Of a stretch of 64,000 nucleotides of DNA, positions 37,701-52,500 are shown piece after piece. Each line of letters opens with the position of its first letter. Position 1 is the first letter of the stretch. A model generated the notes under the pieces. It had not been told where the DNA came from. It made no database searches and saw only the letters and a list, made by a program, of their open reading frames with translations. The DNA lies in assembly GCA_051453625.1 (NCBI GenBank), contig JBOZIK010000001.1, positions 32,624,562 through 32,688,561 on the forward strand. The letters are read 5' to 3'. A program made the position numbers and the translations under genes. This DNA comes from Welwitschia mirabilis (lineage: Eukaryota).

Positions 37701-39901
37701 ATGACATTACCATGAATTCATAGTATCCATATTTAATTTATAATGCTATTTTATGGAAATTTTTTCTTTAATTTTTATCTAGTAATATCTTGATCTTAAA
37801 TCAATTTTTAAGAAGAATTTTTCCCTATAATTAATCTAGAAGATCATTAATTCTTAGAATGAAGTATTTGTCTTTATGGTTACCTTGTTTAGTTGCTGGT
37901 ATTCCATGTAGAGTCTTAAGGTTTCATCTTTCTTTTTAATAAATAAAATAGAGACTTCCTAAGGAGATACACTTAAGCTATTTTTTCTTTCTAGCAATAG
38001 TTGTTCTAATTGCAATTTAAGCTCTTTAAATTTTATCACTAAAAATATATATGAAGCTCTTGCAATTGGTTGTTTTCCAGGGATTAATTTAATGGTGTAT
38101 TCTACCTTTTATTTGGGTGGAAGATTTATTATTTCTTTGAATAACTTCCTAAATTATTGTAACCCTTCTAGAATATCCTTTGTAAACGTGTAATTTCTTG
38201 TTTGATTATTTCCAAGAATAATTATTTTTGAAATACTGCTTTTGTAATCTATTTCCTTATTGCTAAGAAGCTTTTCTTATTCTTTTTCTTTACCTTAAGC
38301 AATTGGTCTTCAAATATAGATGAAACTATTAATTTTATTTTTTGAAAATTTATTCTAATGTTCTAGTTGATAAGAAAGGACATTTTCAAGATGGCTTCAT
38401 AGTTACCAATGATGAGGATATAAAATTTATCTCAAAGTGTAAGGTTTTGAATTAAAAAAGTTAGTAGTCCTTCTATTCTATTCTATACAAGGATGTTCCC
38501 TCCTACTATTTCTATGGAGGATTTGGCTTCTTGGAATCGATTCATACTTAACTTTTGAAGTAAAAAGGGAGATGAAATTATAAGAATTAATACTATCAAT
38601 TAAAAACAAAACTAAAAAAACATGAAATAAATCCTAGTAATTCTAAAATAAAAAATTGATTTGTTAGGAAACCTATATGAACTATAGTATATACTATTTT
38701 ATGGGTGGTCTAGGACATAATTGAGTATAAGGTTGATTTTATATAGAAGGTATAGTTATAAAGTATTAGATGGACAATTTCCTATTGTGTAATATTTCTT
38801 TTTTCATTTATAGTAGATGATATTACTTCTGAATTCTTTCCTAAAAGGTTGATTCCTACTGGCAGTGAACCTTGTAGTTTGTTCGATTTGGTTCTTAGTT
38901 CATTTGTAATCTTGTGCTTCTAATAAGTGTTTTGTCTTCTTATAAGCATCTTTAGTAGATTTAACTTTCAAGTTATTAAGGATAATTTTCACTTTGAAAG
39001 GTAGTGTTCTAATGAAGTTATTAATAAGCTACTTTTCTAAGATGTTTTTTTTATCTTCATTAGGCATTGGAACTGTGATCAATGTTCATCTAGGGGATAC
39101 TTTCTTAAATGTAGGCATTGAAATTCCATTATTTAATATTCAATAAAATCATTAGGAATGAAATTATTTTTGAAATCTTCTACAAAATTTTCTTAAGTAA
39201 TCCTATGATTGAATTTTTATTAGCATTAAAGCCACCATTCTTGTGCATTTTCAATGAAGAATAAGGCAAAATAGATGCATCTTTTTTTTAGTGGAGTATG
39301 ATGGAGTATGGAGTATTTCTCTATTTATTAAGGCCATTGCATGGCTTTCTTGTTGATTCCTACTTTACCCTTACAAATTTGTGGATAGATTATTTTCACT
39401 CTTTTGTTGTTCTCTCTTTCTTTTGCTATTAATTCATTTTCTTTATTTGATAAGAATGCTTGAAAATTTACTTCTATGTTTAAGAGCCTAATTTGTAGAC
39501 TTTGAAGATCAAGTTATCTAGTGGAAGAGTACTATTTAGAAGTGAAGAGTTTTTGGTAGTGATGCCTGCAGGTCCTATTCCATTAGGTGATTGGATTATT
39601 TTAGATGTAAAAGGAGTAATTCCATTTTATTAGAGAGCTCTTGATTCTTGAAGTGAACCTCATTTAGTTGGTTCTCTATGGTTTCTATTTGAGAACTCTC
39701 TCTTTGCTTCACTACTCTCTAATATATTTTACTCTATCTTATCATTTTCTTTTTCAATCAGCTCTAATAATCCTTAAATGGTTTTCTTTCTAAAGGTTAT
39801 TTTCGTAACCACCAAAGCATTTAGTTAGTATTTGATAACTAATACATTATTTTGATAATTTACATAACTATCCTAACTATTGTAACTATTAGATAGGCAA
39901 G
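34721..39901 (-). mobile_element. Chromovirus (Ty3/gypsy) copy 2: gag-PR-RT-RH-INT-chromodomain plus 3' LTR, pseudogenised
   Basis: Minus-strand motifs in gypsy order: AQEWW (gag), LIDSINSYNFIS (PR, ~38590), YQQLNKVTIK, IDLRSRYY and YGYYEFMVMSF (RT), HDLG (RH), TMDFIIGLP (INT), EVLIR*THYN*NTWEN..IKK..FP (chromodomain). PPT agaatagaggga, then TGTAAT at 34919. Confidence 0.92.
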
Positions 39902-42900
39902 TGCTAGGAAATAAAAGAGCTCAAGAATGGAAAGAATAAGATTTCCAAAATATCAATCTTATATCTCTACTCTTATTTTAATTAAAAGCATTCATATATA
40001 GAGAATCACACCACTATATTTTCATAAATCCCTAAGCATGAAACCATGTTGTGTACAAGTCTTAATAATTCCCTCCTTATCATGGGAATACACTCTCTTC
40101 CAATGAAAAACTACAGTATCTAAGGGAAAACCTTAGGAATGTAGCCTATAATAAAACCTCTAGAAAGGAGTTACAGTGTAAGGAAACTACTTTGTGAAAG
40201 AAGTTATCAATTTATTACTACACATTCCACAACAAATAGGATTATTATATGCATTACACATGCTATAATGCCAGGCCAAAACATGTATCACACATCTTAT
40301 AGTACTAGGTCATATTTGTACTATACATCCTGTAGTACTAGGATTAGGTGTGACTTTAACCAGAGACTTATAATTCAAATGAAGCCCATGATGTATAATA
40401 AAGAAATAAGTTTGACTTAACTCATTCTCAATCTAATCTTGAATTTAAAATATTAGAACTTCTCTTAACTAGATGATTTTGTAAGGATGTTGGAAGTTTC
40501 TTTTGTAGTTAGATAATATACTAGTGTAATAATTTTATTCTGTATGAGTTACTTAATTTTATGGACTCTAACACAAAAGTGTTTTATCTTGTTATGGTGC
40601 ACTAGATGTTTCACTATGAAAATTACTGATTTATTATTGATGAAGAGTTTTGTTGCCTTAGTTTTTTTAGGTTCATTGCTTCTAATAATTTTCTTAGCCA
40701 TTTGATCTTTCTATATGCTTTGAAAGTAGTAATAGATTTAGCTTTAACAGAAGATCATGCTGTAGTTCTTTGATGCTTTGATCATGAAGATGGAGACAAT
40801 GTTTCTAAGAACATGATATACCTTGATGCTAATAATGATTAGTTTCTCTAGTGAAATCTAAGTCAGAATATGCCTTCAGGATAAATTGAGAGTTTCTTTT
40901 ACAGGTGAGCCCTAAATCCTTCAGCTTATTTAGGTATCTTAGTACTCTCTTTGCAGCATTCAGACGAGTAATCTTAGGTGGATAAAGATATCTTGACAAT
41001 ATACCAATAACACATGATATGTTTGATCTAGTATTGGTTATGTAAATTAGACCTCCTACAATACATCTGTGGTCCATTTTATTCAGAGGTTTCAAGTCTT
41101 TGTCAATAGATATATTCACATTTTTCTTTAAAGGTATTACAACCTCTTTTGCGTCTTCTAGTCCAAATTTTTAGATTAGATCTCCAATATATGTATTTTG
41201 CATTAAGAAGATTCCATTCTTTTGCTAAATAATTTTTAGGCATAAGTAGAATCTAGTTAATCTAAGATCAAAAATCTTAAATTCCTTACTGAATTTGATT
41301 TATGTTTATTTTACATTTTCTTCATTACTTCTTGTTATCATCTTATCATCTACATATACTACTATGTATGTAGATTTTTGTCCATCAGATTTGATGAATA
41401 ATGTACCATTCACATCTTGGTAATCACACAATCTAACTCTAATGGAATATAAATAACTTGCAAGCTTAGTGTACCAAGACATTAGTACTTATTTTAGACC
41501 ACATAAAGGCTTAATTAATCTATGCATCTTTTTTTTTCTTTCTTTTTCTTCAATACCCTTTGTTTGCATCATATAGATTTCTTCTTTTAAGTCTTTATGG
41601 AGAAAGGCAATCTTTATATTTAATTGATAAAGCTTTTATTTCTTTTATGTTACCAAGGCAATCATAGTCTTAATGATAGCACATTTTAATATTGGAGTAA
41701 ATACTTCATTATAATCAAGTCCTTTCTTTTATCCTAGGCCTATGACAGCAAGTTGAGCTTTATATTGCTTAAAGATATTATCCACATTATATTTGTTATG
41801 AAAAACCCATTTGCTAGGTAATAAAGTGTATCATAATGAAAGGCATACCAACTCCCAGATGTCATTTTCAATAAGGCTATCGTATTCTTTTTGCATGGCT
41901 TTTATATAATGATCATGTTAAATAGAAATTTTAAATGAGGTTGGTTCACCATCAAAAGTTATAAGGAGCTCATCATCATCATCATCATGATGAAATGTAT
42001 GTGAGCCATATCTAATCCTAGTTTTATCCTTTTTGTCATTAAGAACATCTTATAGAATAAACTATAACCAAGTACTTCAATGTTTCTTACAAGTAGTCTC
42101 AGCTTCTTCAATTAAAAAACCTGCTAAATTGCTACTAGAACCATGGTTAAGTATGTTTAAAGTAATAAATTGCTCAATTCCTATAGGTTACAAATAAGCC
42201 ATACCAATAGAATAAAATTGAGTAGGAATGGTGACTACATTCCCCTCCTTAATCCTAGGATATTAAGCATCCAAGATGCTTACTAGGTTAGAGGAAGGAT
42301 GAATCTTCAAAATATCAAGCTAAAAATAATTATTTAAAGTCTATATGATGTCACAATAAATAATGATCTTATGATGCTCTAGAAGATGAACTTAATGACT
42401 CTTCTGGTTGGTTGGATATCTCATAAAGATGTCAATACAAGCATGTGCTCCAAATTTGTTAGGATGTTCATGTGGAATATGGACATAGCACTTACAACCA
42501 AATATATAAAAGTGATATAAATTTGGCTTGTATCCATACCACTTCTTAGTTGGAGATACTCCTTTTTCAATATATCGACTAATGTGGTTATTAAAATTCA
42601 TAGCATTATTCACTGCTTCACCCTAAAAATAAGTCTTATAGCCACTTAAATACATCATGGAACATGCCATATTCATGATTATACAATTAAATCACTCAGT
42701 GATGCTATTTTGTTGAGATATCTTAAGGTAGGTCTTCAAATGATAAATTCCTTTAGAAATGAGAAAGTCTTTAAACTTGACGGATGTATATTCATCATTA
42801 TGATCTGAGGGAAAACTCTTAATTTAATAATCGACTTGATTTTTCACTTTGATTTTAAACTTCTTAAAAATGTTTAAAANNNNNNNNNNNNNNNNNNNNN

Positions 42901-44645
42901 NNNNNNNNNNNNNNNNNNNNNNNNNNNNNNNNNNNNNNNNNNNNNNNNNNNNNNNNNNNNNNNNNNNNNNNNNNNNNNNNNNNNNNNNNNNNNNNNNNNN
43001 NNNNNNNNNNNNNNNNNNNNNNNNNNNNNNNNNNNNNNNNNTAGATCATTGTCTAGTTACTTTGCTCATTATACATACTTTACACTAAGGAAAATCCTTT
43101 GGAATGAATAAAAGAAATTAGTGTACATTATCGTGCATCACATTAATTATGTGAGAAGTAGAATGTCCTAGCCAAGCATGCCATAGTAGTGAGGAAGAGA
43201 TTTCAACTTGGGAAACTATGTAAGCAATCTCTTACATTTTGACACAATCTTAAAGACATATAAGCTTTCCATTCATATAGCTTTTAATAATTAATTATTA
43301 ATTTAAATAAAAAATGTTCAATGAATGCTTTATTATAGAGATTGAATGACCTTCTTGTACTAAAGTGAAAAGTGCTAGAAGATGTAAGACCTTAAAGAAG
43401 GAACGTACAAAACATTAGAAAGAGTCTATAAAGAGAGCAATGTTAAGTTAAGAGTGATCAAATGATAACTTTTCATTAGAACTAGAGTTTTATCTACCAA
43501 ATAAACCTAACTTTATGCTTCAATAAAGTCATCAAAATAATCATATCAATAAGTCATGTGAAGAGTAGCACTTATGTCAAGAATCCATGTCTCATTATAA
43601 GGTATGTATTCAATCATACCCACAAAGTTAAAATTATCAAAAATTGCATTTGACACAAAATTTTTATCATTAAGGAATTCAGATTCTTAAGTAATTGCAT
43701 TAGCCTTAGGTGTAATTTAATCTTATTCTAAGGTATCCAATAGAAGTACATGGTATGATCTTGTCTTCTACATCATAAGTACTGATACATATTTTTCTTT
43801 ATAGTAGTAGTATATTGAACTGACTTCTTATTCAATTGAGTCTAATTAGGCTTTTTTTTTGTTATTTCTATGGAGTCTTAGACTTTTCATGATGTGTTGC
43901 CTTAGATGGATGAGCATTTTTGAAAGACTGATTATGTTGATAAGGACATCTACGAGAATGAGAAACTTTAAATGCTACATTAGAAGACAAATAGTCTTTC
44001 AAGTTAAATTATGCTTTTGTAATAATAAGATCCTTACTGAGTGTGTTAAAGTTTATATTAAGTAGATGCTTACTTCTATGAAGAGATAAAATGTAGCTAT
44101 AAAGAGATGGATTTTTCAAATAGTAATAAACCAAGTTAACATAATGAATGCAAACTTTATTCATTAGATCTATTTTAATAACATTTGCTTTTATATATTT
44201 TATCTAAGCTATGAGATGATGAATTTTTCCACTTTTATAATGAAGGTTATTCATTCTTGTAATGAGCTTAATTAATCTTAGATCATTCTTCACATGAAAT
44301 ATATTACACGAAGTACAATAATTGGTATAATTAGACTTACTTTTATTAATTAATGTTATATGTGAAGTGGCCACTAATTTTCGCATTATCTTTGTGAGCT
44401 TGTAATTAATGGCTTGCCATGCATATTCTTCATTTAAATTATGAAGAGGAACATATGTTTTTTTTTTTTAAACCTCTTTATCAAATCTATAAATGCACAT
44501 TATATACATGAAGTTCTCATTCCAATTCTTCCAACTTTGATCATCATGTAATATCACCCTAAGTTTGATCATTGTTCTAGTACTCAATATGAGCATAAAG
44601 TTATTTAATAAAATCTGGAATCTACCTTTTAATGATGTAGCCATA
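39902..44645 (-). mobile_element. Ty1/copia retrotransposon: gag-PR-INT-RT-RH plus a short 3' LTR (39902-40068), pseudogenised
   Basis: TWILDISATLHMT (PR), LWHAWLGH, IFGCKCYVHIP (INT), VVYVDD (RT, ~41350), GGLIYITNTRSNI...AAKRVLRYL...AYSDLDF, NILTKS (RH); PPT taaggagggaa adjacent to the LTR. Confidence 0.93.
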
Positions 44646-44659
44646 ATAAATGCTATGAG

Positions 44660-44662
<3 letters not shown>

Positions 44663-44732
<70 letters not shown>
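44663..44732. repeat. (GA)n microsatellite running into a gap (also at 45061-45078 and 45835-45854)
   Basis: Read directly. Confidence 0.97.
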
Positions 44733-44733
<1 letters not shown>

Positions 44734-46509
44734 NNNNNNNNNNNNNNNNNNNNNNNNNNNNNNNNNNNNNNNNNNNNNNNNNNNNNNNNNNNNNNNNNNN
44801 NNNNNNNNNNNNNNNNNNNNNNNNNNNNNNNNNTTTAAATTATGAAGAGGAACATGTGTTTTTTTTTTTAAAATCTCTGTATCAAATCTATAAATGCACA
44901 TTATATATTTGAAGTTCTCATTCCAATCCTTCCAACTTTGATCATCATGTAATATCACCCTAAGGTTGGTCATTGTTCTAGTACTCAATATGAGTATAAA
45001 GTTATTTAATAAAATCTGGAATCTACCTTTAAATGATGTAGCCATAATAAATGCTATGAGAAGAGAGAGAGAGAGAGANNNNNNNNNNNNNNNNNNNNNN
45101 NNNNNNNNNNNNNNNNNNNNNNNNNNNNNNNNNNNNNNNNNNNNNNNNNNNNNNNNNNNNNNNNNNNNNNNNNNNNNNNNNNNNNNNNNNNNNNNNNNNN
45201 NNNNNNNNNNNNNNNNNNNNNNNNNNNNNNNNNNNNNNNNNNNNNNNNNNNNNNNNNNNNNNNNNNNNNNNNNNNNNNNNNNNNNNNNNNNNNNNNNNNN
45301 NNNNNNNNNNNNNNNNNNNNNNNNNNNNNNNNNNNNNNNNNNNNNNNNNNNNNNNNNNNNNNNNNNNNNNNNNNNNNNNNNNNNNNNNNNNNNNNNNNNN
45401 NNNNNNNNNNNNNNNNNNNNNNNNNNNNNNNNNNNNNNNNNNNNNNNNNNNNNNNNNNNNNNNNNNNNNNNNNNNNNNNNNNNNNNNNNNNNNNNNNNNN
45501 NNNNNNNNNNNNNNNNNNNNNNNNNNNNNNNNNNNNNNNNNNNNNNNNNNNNNNNNNNNNNNNNNNNNNNNNNNNNNNNNNNNNNNNNNNNNNNNNNNNN
45601 NNNNNNNNNNNNNNNNNNNNNNNNNNNNNNNNNNNNNNNNNNNNNNNNNNNNNNNNNNNNNNNNNNNNNNNNNNNNNNNNNNNNNNNNNNNNNNNNNNNN
45701 NNNNNNNNNNNNNNNNNNNNNNNNNNNNNNNNNNNNNNNNNNNNNNNNNNNNNNNNNNNNNNNNNNNNNNNNNNNNNNNNNNNNNNNNNNNNNNNNNNNN
45801 NNNNNNNNNNNNNNNNNNNNNNNNNNNNNNNNNNGAGAGAGAGAGAGAGAGAGAAGGTTTAACAAGTTATGGGATAAAGTCAAATTCTAGATGAATCTTG
45901 CTCACATCCACTACTGAAAAAACAATCTACTTGACACACAAAAAAACTCATCAAAATCCAAAAAGAATAAAAATGCTAGGAAAAATTTAGAATAATGGTA
46001 TATGTATTCAAAAAGTAATCTTACTCTCATTTACAAGTTCAAGTGATCTATCTATGTTACAATGCAATAAAGAAAACAAAGTCATGACAGAGAGGTATAG
46101 TTATAATGAAAGGGAATTAATCCTAAAAATTTGACTAATTTATCTAAACCAAAATGTATGACAACCAAAACAAAGCCCCTTAAAAAATAAAAAATCTATA
46201 CACATGAGAATAATTAAGGTATTTTATTAAAACATTCTTAATGTAAGAAAGATAAATTTTANNNNNNNNNNNNNNNNNNNNNNNNNNNNNNNNNNNNNNN
46301 NNNNNNNNNNNNNNNNNNNNNNNNNNNNNNNNNNNNNNNNNNNNNNNNNNNNNNNNTTAAGGGTAGTACCCTTGTCTCCTAAGAAAGTACAAGGATAAAT
46401 ATGTGAATCATGTCAGTGGGGTCTTTAAGTCATCAAATAGGTTTTAGCTCAACTATATACCCCCATTAAGTGAGAATACCATGTAATGTTGGTGACCTAC
46501 TTATACCTT

Positions 46510-49500
46510 TGAGGATCATTAAACTTAGTGGGGATGGGTGAATGAGTTTTAATAAATGAAAATTTTAAAGTAATGATATAATAAAAAAGCATAGTAAAAA
46601 TACCTTACTAAGATAATAAGGTTTCCTAACCTAGGTACATCCACATATAAAGGGTAGCCTCTACTCACACCTCTAGATATTCTTGACCTATAAGAAAATA
46701 GTGGTTTTATGATGTACCATCAACCTTACAATAAGTGAGAGTACTTTACAAGGAAACACTCTCTTCCTTACAAGGAAATAGTGGTTTTTCTAAATGTGCC
46801 ACAAACCCTTCAATAATAAGAGTCTCCTTACAAGATAAAACTTTCTTCCCCACAAGGAAATAATGGTTTTCATAGGCACATCAGAAACCCTTCAATAATG
46901 AAACTTTCCTTGCAAGGCAAGACTCTTTTTTCTATAAGGAAATAGTGGTTTTCATAAGCATACCATAANNNNNNNNNNNNNNNNNNNNNNNNNNNNNNNN
47001 NNNNNNNNNNNNNNNNNNNNNNNNNNNNNNNNNNNNNNNNNNNNNNNNNNNNNNNNNNNNNNNNNNNNCCTTACTAAGATAATATGGTTTCCTAACCTAG
47101 GTACATCCACACATAGAGGGTAGCTTCTACTCACACCTCTAGATATTCTTGACCTATAAGAAAATAGTGGTTTTATGACGTACCATTAACCTTATAATAA
47201 GTGAGAGTACTTTACAAGGAAACATTCTTTTCCTTACAAGGAAATAGTGGTTTTTCTAAATGCATTACAAACCCTTCAATAATAAGAGTCCCCTTACAAG
47301 GCAAAACTTTCTTCCCCACAAGGAAATAATGGTTTTCATAGGTGCATCACAAACCCTTCAATAATGAAACTCCCCTTGCAAGGTAAGACTCTTTTTTCTA
47401 TAAGGAAATATTGGTTTTCATAAGCATACCATAAACCCTTTAACAATGAGAGTCTCCTCACAAAGTAGCACTCTCTTACCCATATGGAAGTAATGGTCTT
47501 CTTGCTCACTAATAACCATATAATAAGAAAGTGATCATAGATACTACTTAAAATGCACACTCGTATAAGGATTGCCTTATAAAGTATTTGATTTAATAAT
47601 GAACTTATAATAATATTTAATAATAATATAGTCTAATAATGTAGAACCAAAAATACAATACAATAACAAGCTTAAAAGATGAAGCTTTTATGAAGACTTG
47701 AGATCCTTGTTGTTATTGTAATTATCATGAGTGTAGATGAATGATGCAGCAATATAAGATTCAAGAGCAAATGATGAATAAAATGTAAGCTTATTTTCCA
47801 ATGATATCTTTGATTCTTCATGAGAATTTCCTTTTACTCATGTAATCTTTGTTTTATGCTTGATCTAATTATTATGTATTAAAATTTTAAGAGTTTTATA
47901 TCTATTGAGGTACTAAGAGAGATTTATTTGTTGAAATTCCAAGCACTCTCGCATGTTTTATCACATCAATTCTTTATATGTTAAAAGAAGTTCATTTAAC
48001 TTTATAATCATTATGCAATGGATAGGTAATGTATCTTTGCTTTTCATCGACATGAACATTGGTTTAAGATGTATTCATATTTGTAGATGTTTACTAATAG
48101 TAAAAAATATTCACCTTGTAGATGTCTTAGTGAACTTGTCTAGATTTTGATGAAACTTAATTTGTATAATTCTTGGGTCTTCATTATCATGAATTCGTAA
48201 TGTACAAGTCAATAACTCATCTAAAACATAAGGTATTAGTTAAAATCCAAATTGAATTTGTTACTTATTTTAGCTTAGTATAGAAATATTCAAACATACA
48301 GATGTTTTCATTGGTATCAGGTTCAACCTTTAGCATAGTTGTCTTTGATGAAGTAGTTATCTTTTAGCTTATGATTTGAATTCTAGTATATTAGAGACAT
48401 TTCAATTTCCTAGATGTCTTTATGAGAGCCATCTTCACTTTTCTAGATATCTTTAAATAATTGATTTTGCATTTCAACATCTGATTCTTTTTATGAGATA
48501 TCATCTTTAAAGATTCATTATTATCTAATGCTTATCAAGATTTAATGATCTTTGTCATGACCTGTCAACACAATGTTATAAAATATTTGATAAGTGGAAT
48601 AACTAAAACAAGTTTACAAGTAATCTTCCTTTTTTCTATGGTGTCCAAAACTTGGCAAATTTTGTTATTCCAATCTTATTCAATCAATAAAAAAATACAC
48701 TTCTATTTAAAAAAAGCATATAATCAATTTTTGTAACAATATTGAAAGGACATGATATTAATCACTTGAAAAATTGATAAAAGCACATAGATATACCACT
48801 TGAAAAAAGATTAAAATATATTGATGAACCACTTTAGAAATCAACTAAAGGCATAAAGATAATTAATAAATCATGATATTATCCATTTAAATAAGCATGT
48901 AGAATGTAGAGCACAAAGATATTTGATAATTTATTAAGTATAATATGCTAACAATAATGTGCTAATATATCACACCATAAAATTAAAATTTGTATGTCAA
49001 TATTACATCATAAAGAATGTGCTCATGGTAATGCTAAACAATAAACATAATAGCATGATATAATAGAATATGTGCTAGCAATATATAAAATGAAGATTAT
49101 TTTTAGAAATGTACCAATAAAAGCATAAGATAAAAGTGTGCTAACAATAAGTGTGCTAAATAACATCAATAGAGATAACAAAAATGTATGCAAAAATAAC
49201 GTAAGTAATCATCAACAAAAAGTGATAGCACTCAGGGATATAATCCAAAATATGATGATCCAAAACTCTAAGATCAATAGAGTATCCTCATTTTAAAATT
49301 TGAAGTACCCAACTATTCTGCCACTGATTTTCTATCATTGATTTATCAAAACTTCTTCTCCTTTTTGGATAGTAGAGAAAAGGCTCTAATCATTGAGAGC
49401 AGAGTTACTCGTATAATGCATACTTATGATTTTTTGTTACTATCACCACTCACATGAGTGATGGACGTTGATTTGGTATATGATGATGAGGATGTGGGAG

Positions 49501-52500
49501 GTGGAGTATGCCTTTTTCTAGAAGAGCACTAAGATCTCTTACCTAGGCCTTGTCTCCTCATACATTAATACATTTAAGAAGTGATAGATGTTTCAAAGAA
49601 ACTGATAGTGGTGGTGTCTATAAAGGATGGAGGTAACTACATAAAGAAAAGTGGTTCTATGTGTATAGACTCTATATGAGATGGTAGTGGTAATGGTGGA
49701 TGTATTAAAGGTGGAGAAGGTAAAGGTGGAGATGAGTGGATTGTTGAATGTAGTGATGGTACCTGTGTATGATAATAGACAAGAATCTCACAACATGAAT
49801 GATGAAAGATAAGAGGTGGTACATCTGAGCTCTCGAACTCTATCTCCTACTATGATTGCCTCTGCTATGAAGGAACTAGTACCTATTGCTCCCCCTATAC
49901 CTTTGATTTTGTGGGAGCCTGGTACTTCCCCTAAGCTTGTGCCTCATTTCTAGATGACTTATTTATAGATTTTCTATTAGCTACTCTGCTAGAGTCACAT
50001 CCTGTGCCATGTGGAGTNNNNNNNNNNNNNNNNNNNNNNNNNNNNNNNNNNNNNNNNNNNNNNNNNNNNNNNNNNNNNNNNNNNNNNNNNNNNNNNNNNN
50101 NNNNNNNNNNNNNNNNNNNNNNNNNNNNNNNNNATTTCTTCAATCTAAACATGTCTCTACTAAGTTTATTAATCATTTTTGCAATTTATTTTAGTTACTT
50201 TTTGGCAAATGAAGAAGTATAATTAGTAGTGGAAAATGATCTCTAAAAATGTGAAGGCCTCCCACTTGTGCCCTCACTTAGTGACATTGATACTCTACAT
50301 TTTGTACTAAACTCTGCTAATGGTTTTTTCTGCTGAATGAGGTCAACCTAAGAAACTAAAATTTCTACACAACTAATGAGCAAGCTAATTAGATAAGGAT
50401 AACCCAAAGAATATCCCTCATAAAATAACATGATAATATCCATGCACAACATAAATCTCAAATCTATCTTTAACCCAATAAGCAAACCATATACAACAAA
50501 AGTCTACATTTGCTTATAATAACTGTAATTACCTTATTTAATTAAAATGTAATAAAATATGATTTAGGTAAGAATAGAGGCATATTGAATCATATCTTTT
50601 CATTTAATGTTCTTTAAAACATTCATTCTAGTATGCCCAAATAGAACATTGCTCATATTACACTTTGACATACTAATAACTCTAAAATTAAATATTTCCT
50701 TAAATGAACAAGCATAAATCTAAGGAACATTTGTATCGTCTATGCTAAGAAAGAAATTAATAAAACTAGCAATAATATGCGAAGAAGTACCTCTTACCTA
50801 CATTTAAAATGTGCTATCATAAATTTCATGAATATTGGCATAGAACTCTCTTATAATAGAATCTGGAATGCTCTGGTCTAGTTGCACAATCATTTCTTAT
50901 TCAAATTGTGAGAAATAATTCATAAGTTAATCTCTGCATTTCCTCTGGGATCCAAGGATTCTTTTTGAAATAATAGAATTTTTTAACCAAGTTTAATATC
51001 TTTTGGTAATTACCTCATGGTAGAATTATGGCTCATATTATGATATTTACTATTTTGAGACTTATTCTTTGCCTTTAGAAGTACCAGCTAATTTTTTTCT
51101 AACCACATTTATAAGAAATATGGAGAATTTGTTTAAAAATTAATTAAAATAGAAGAAACAATGAAAACTAAGCACCTATGCAATGAAAACACCCTCTTCT
51201 TACTTATTGTAGAGATGTCTCAAAGATTCAGAATGCTTGGTAGAGAAATATGAGAAAATAAAGCCTTAAAAGTCTTCTCAGATAGATACTTATTAAATGA
51301 AAACCTAAAAATAATATTTGGTGATTCATTTTATAAATAAAAAAGGGAAAAACCCTAGGGTTTTAGCATGTTTTATTTTCCACAATAGTATAGTGAAGAT
51401 TTCTATAACCTGAAAGATGTCTACAATGCAAAAATTAGACATCTGAAAAATCAACGATATCTATTGTTAAGGAATTTATAATACATTTTTCTAGTATTAA
51501 GATATATACAAAAATTAAGATGTCCATTTCAAAACATTAAACTAATAAAAAGATGTATGTAAAAGTAAAGACATCTGCTTTGAAGATGTCTACAAATATT
51601 AAGACATTTTTAATAGAGACATTTATAAAACTAAAGACATCTGTAATGAAAGTTCTAGAAACATCAAAAAATTCTATGACTAATATAATCATAATGATAA
51701 CACTTCAAAATAGTAAATAACAAGTACATAATTTAACTTTTAACTAAAACCTAATTAATAATCTCAACTCATAAGATAATTACATTGTGAATTTGAGAAT
51801 TTAAAAGATATCACTTATTTCCTTACATGATTGGATAAGGCCCAATCTCCAAATTATTGTGCAACTTGATATATCCTTCCATACCTTGATTTTAAAATTA
51901 CATTATTAAGAAGATCATCGGTATATTACATTGTGATGTCATTGTTGTACCTTTTGTGCTAAATTGAATCCTTTTTGATCAAGTCCTTCTTTCCATTACT
52001 AGGCTTTTTGTGCCAATGCTTTGCATCTTCTATTTTGCTTAATAAACACTTAGTTTCATTGTTAGAAGTATTTGCTAAAATAACAATATATTTATTCTCT
52101 TTTCTTATACTAGTAATTAAAGTTCTAGTTTAATGTTATTCATTGATATTACATCATCTCTTGTAAAGGAAATAGAAACATTTTCATCACAAAGTTGGAT
52201 TACACTTAAAATATTATTTACCTCTAGCTATTTTTCTCCTTTAATAGTACCAATACCTTTGATTGGTTATTCTATGTTATCTCTAAATATTATAACTTCT
52301 TTATATTATTTTGTCAAAGTGATGAAATTAGAATTATCTCCCATCATGTGCCTTGAGCATTCATTATTAATATATTAGATATGCTTATTCATGTCTGTAG
52401 GTTTAATATGTTCTGAATGTGTTGGTTTGGCTTTTGGTACCCCTATGTTTCTTAGTTTGTCTTGCATTAAATGCTATAACATTCCACTAGGCCTTGTGAC

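Noticed and set aside
44565..45883. ORFs with RERERE or SLSLSL tracts
   Set aside because: They are translations of the (GA)n microsatellite plus gaps.
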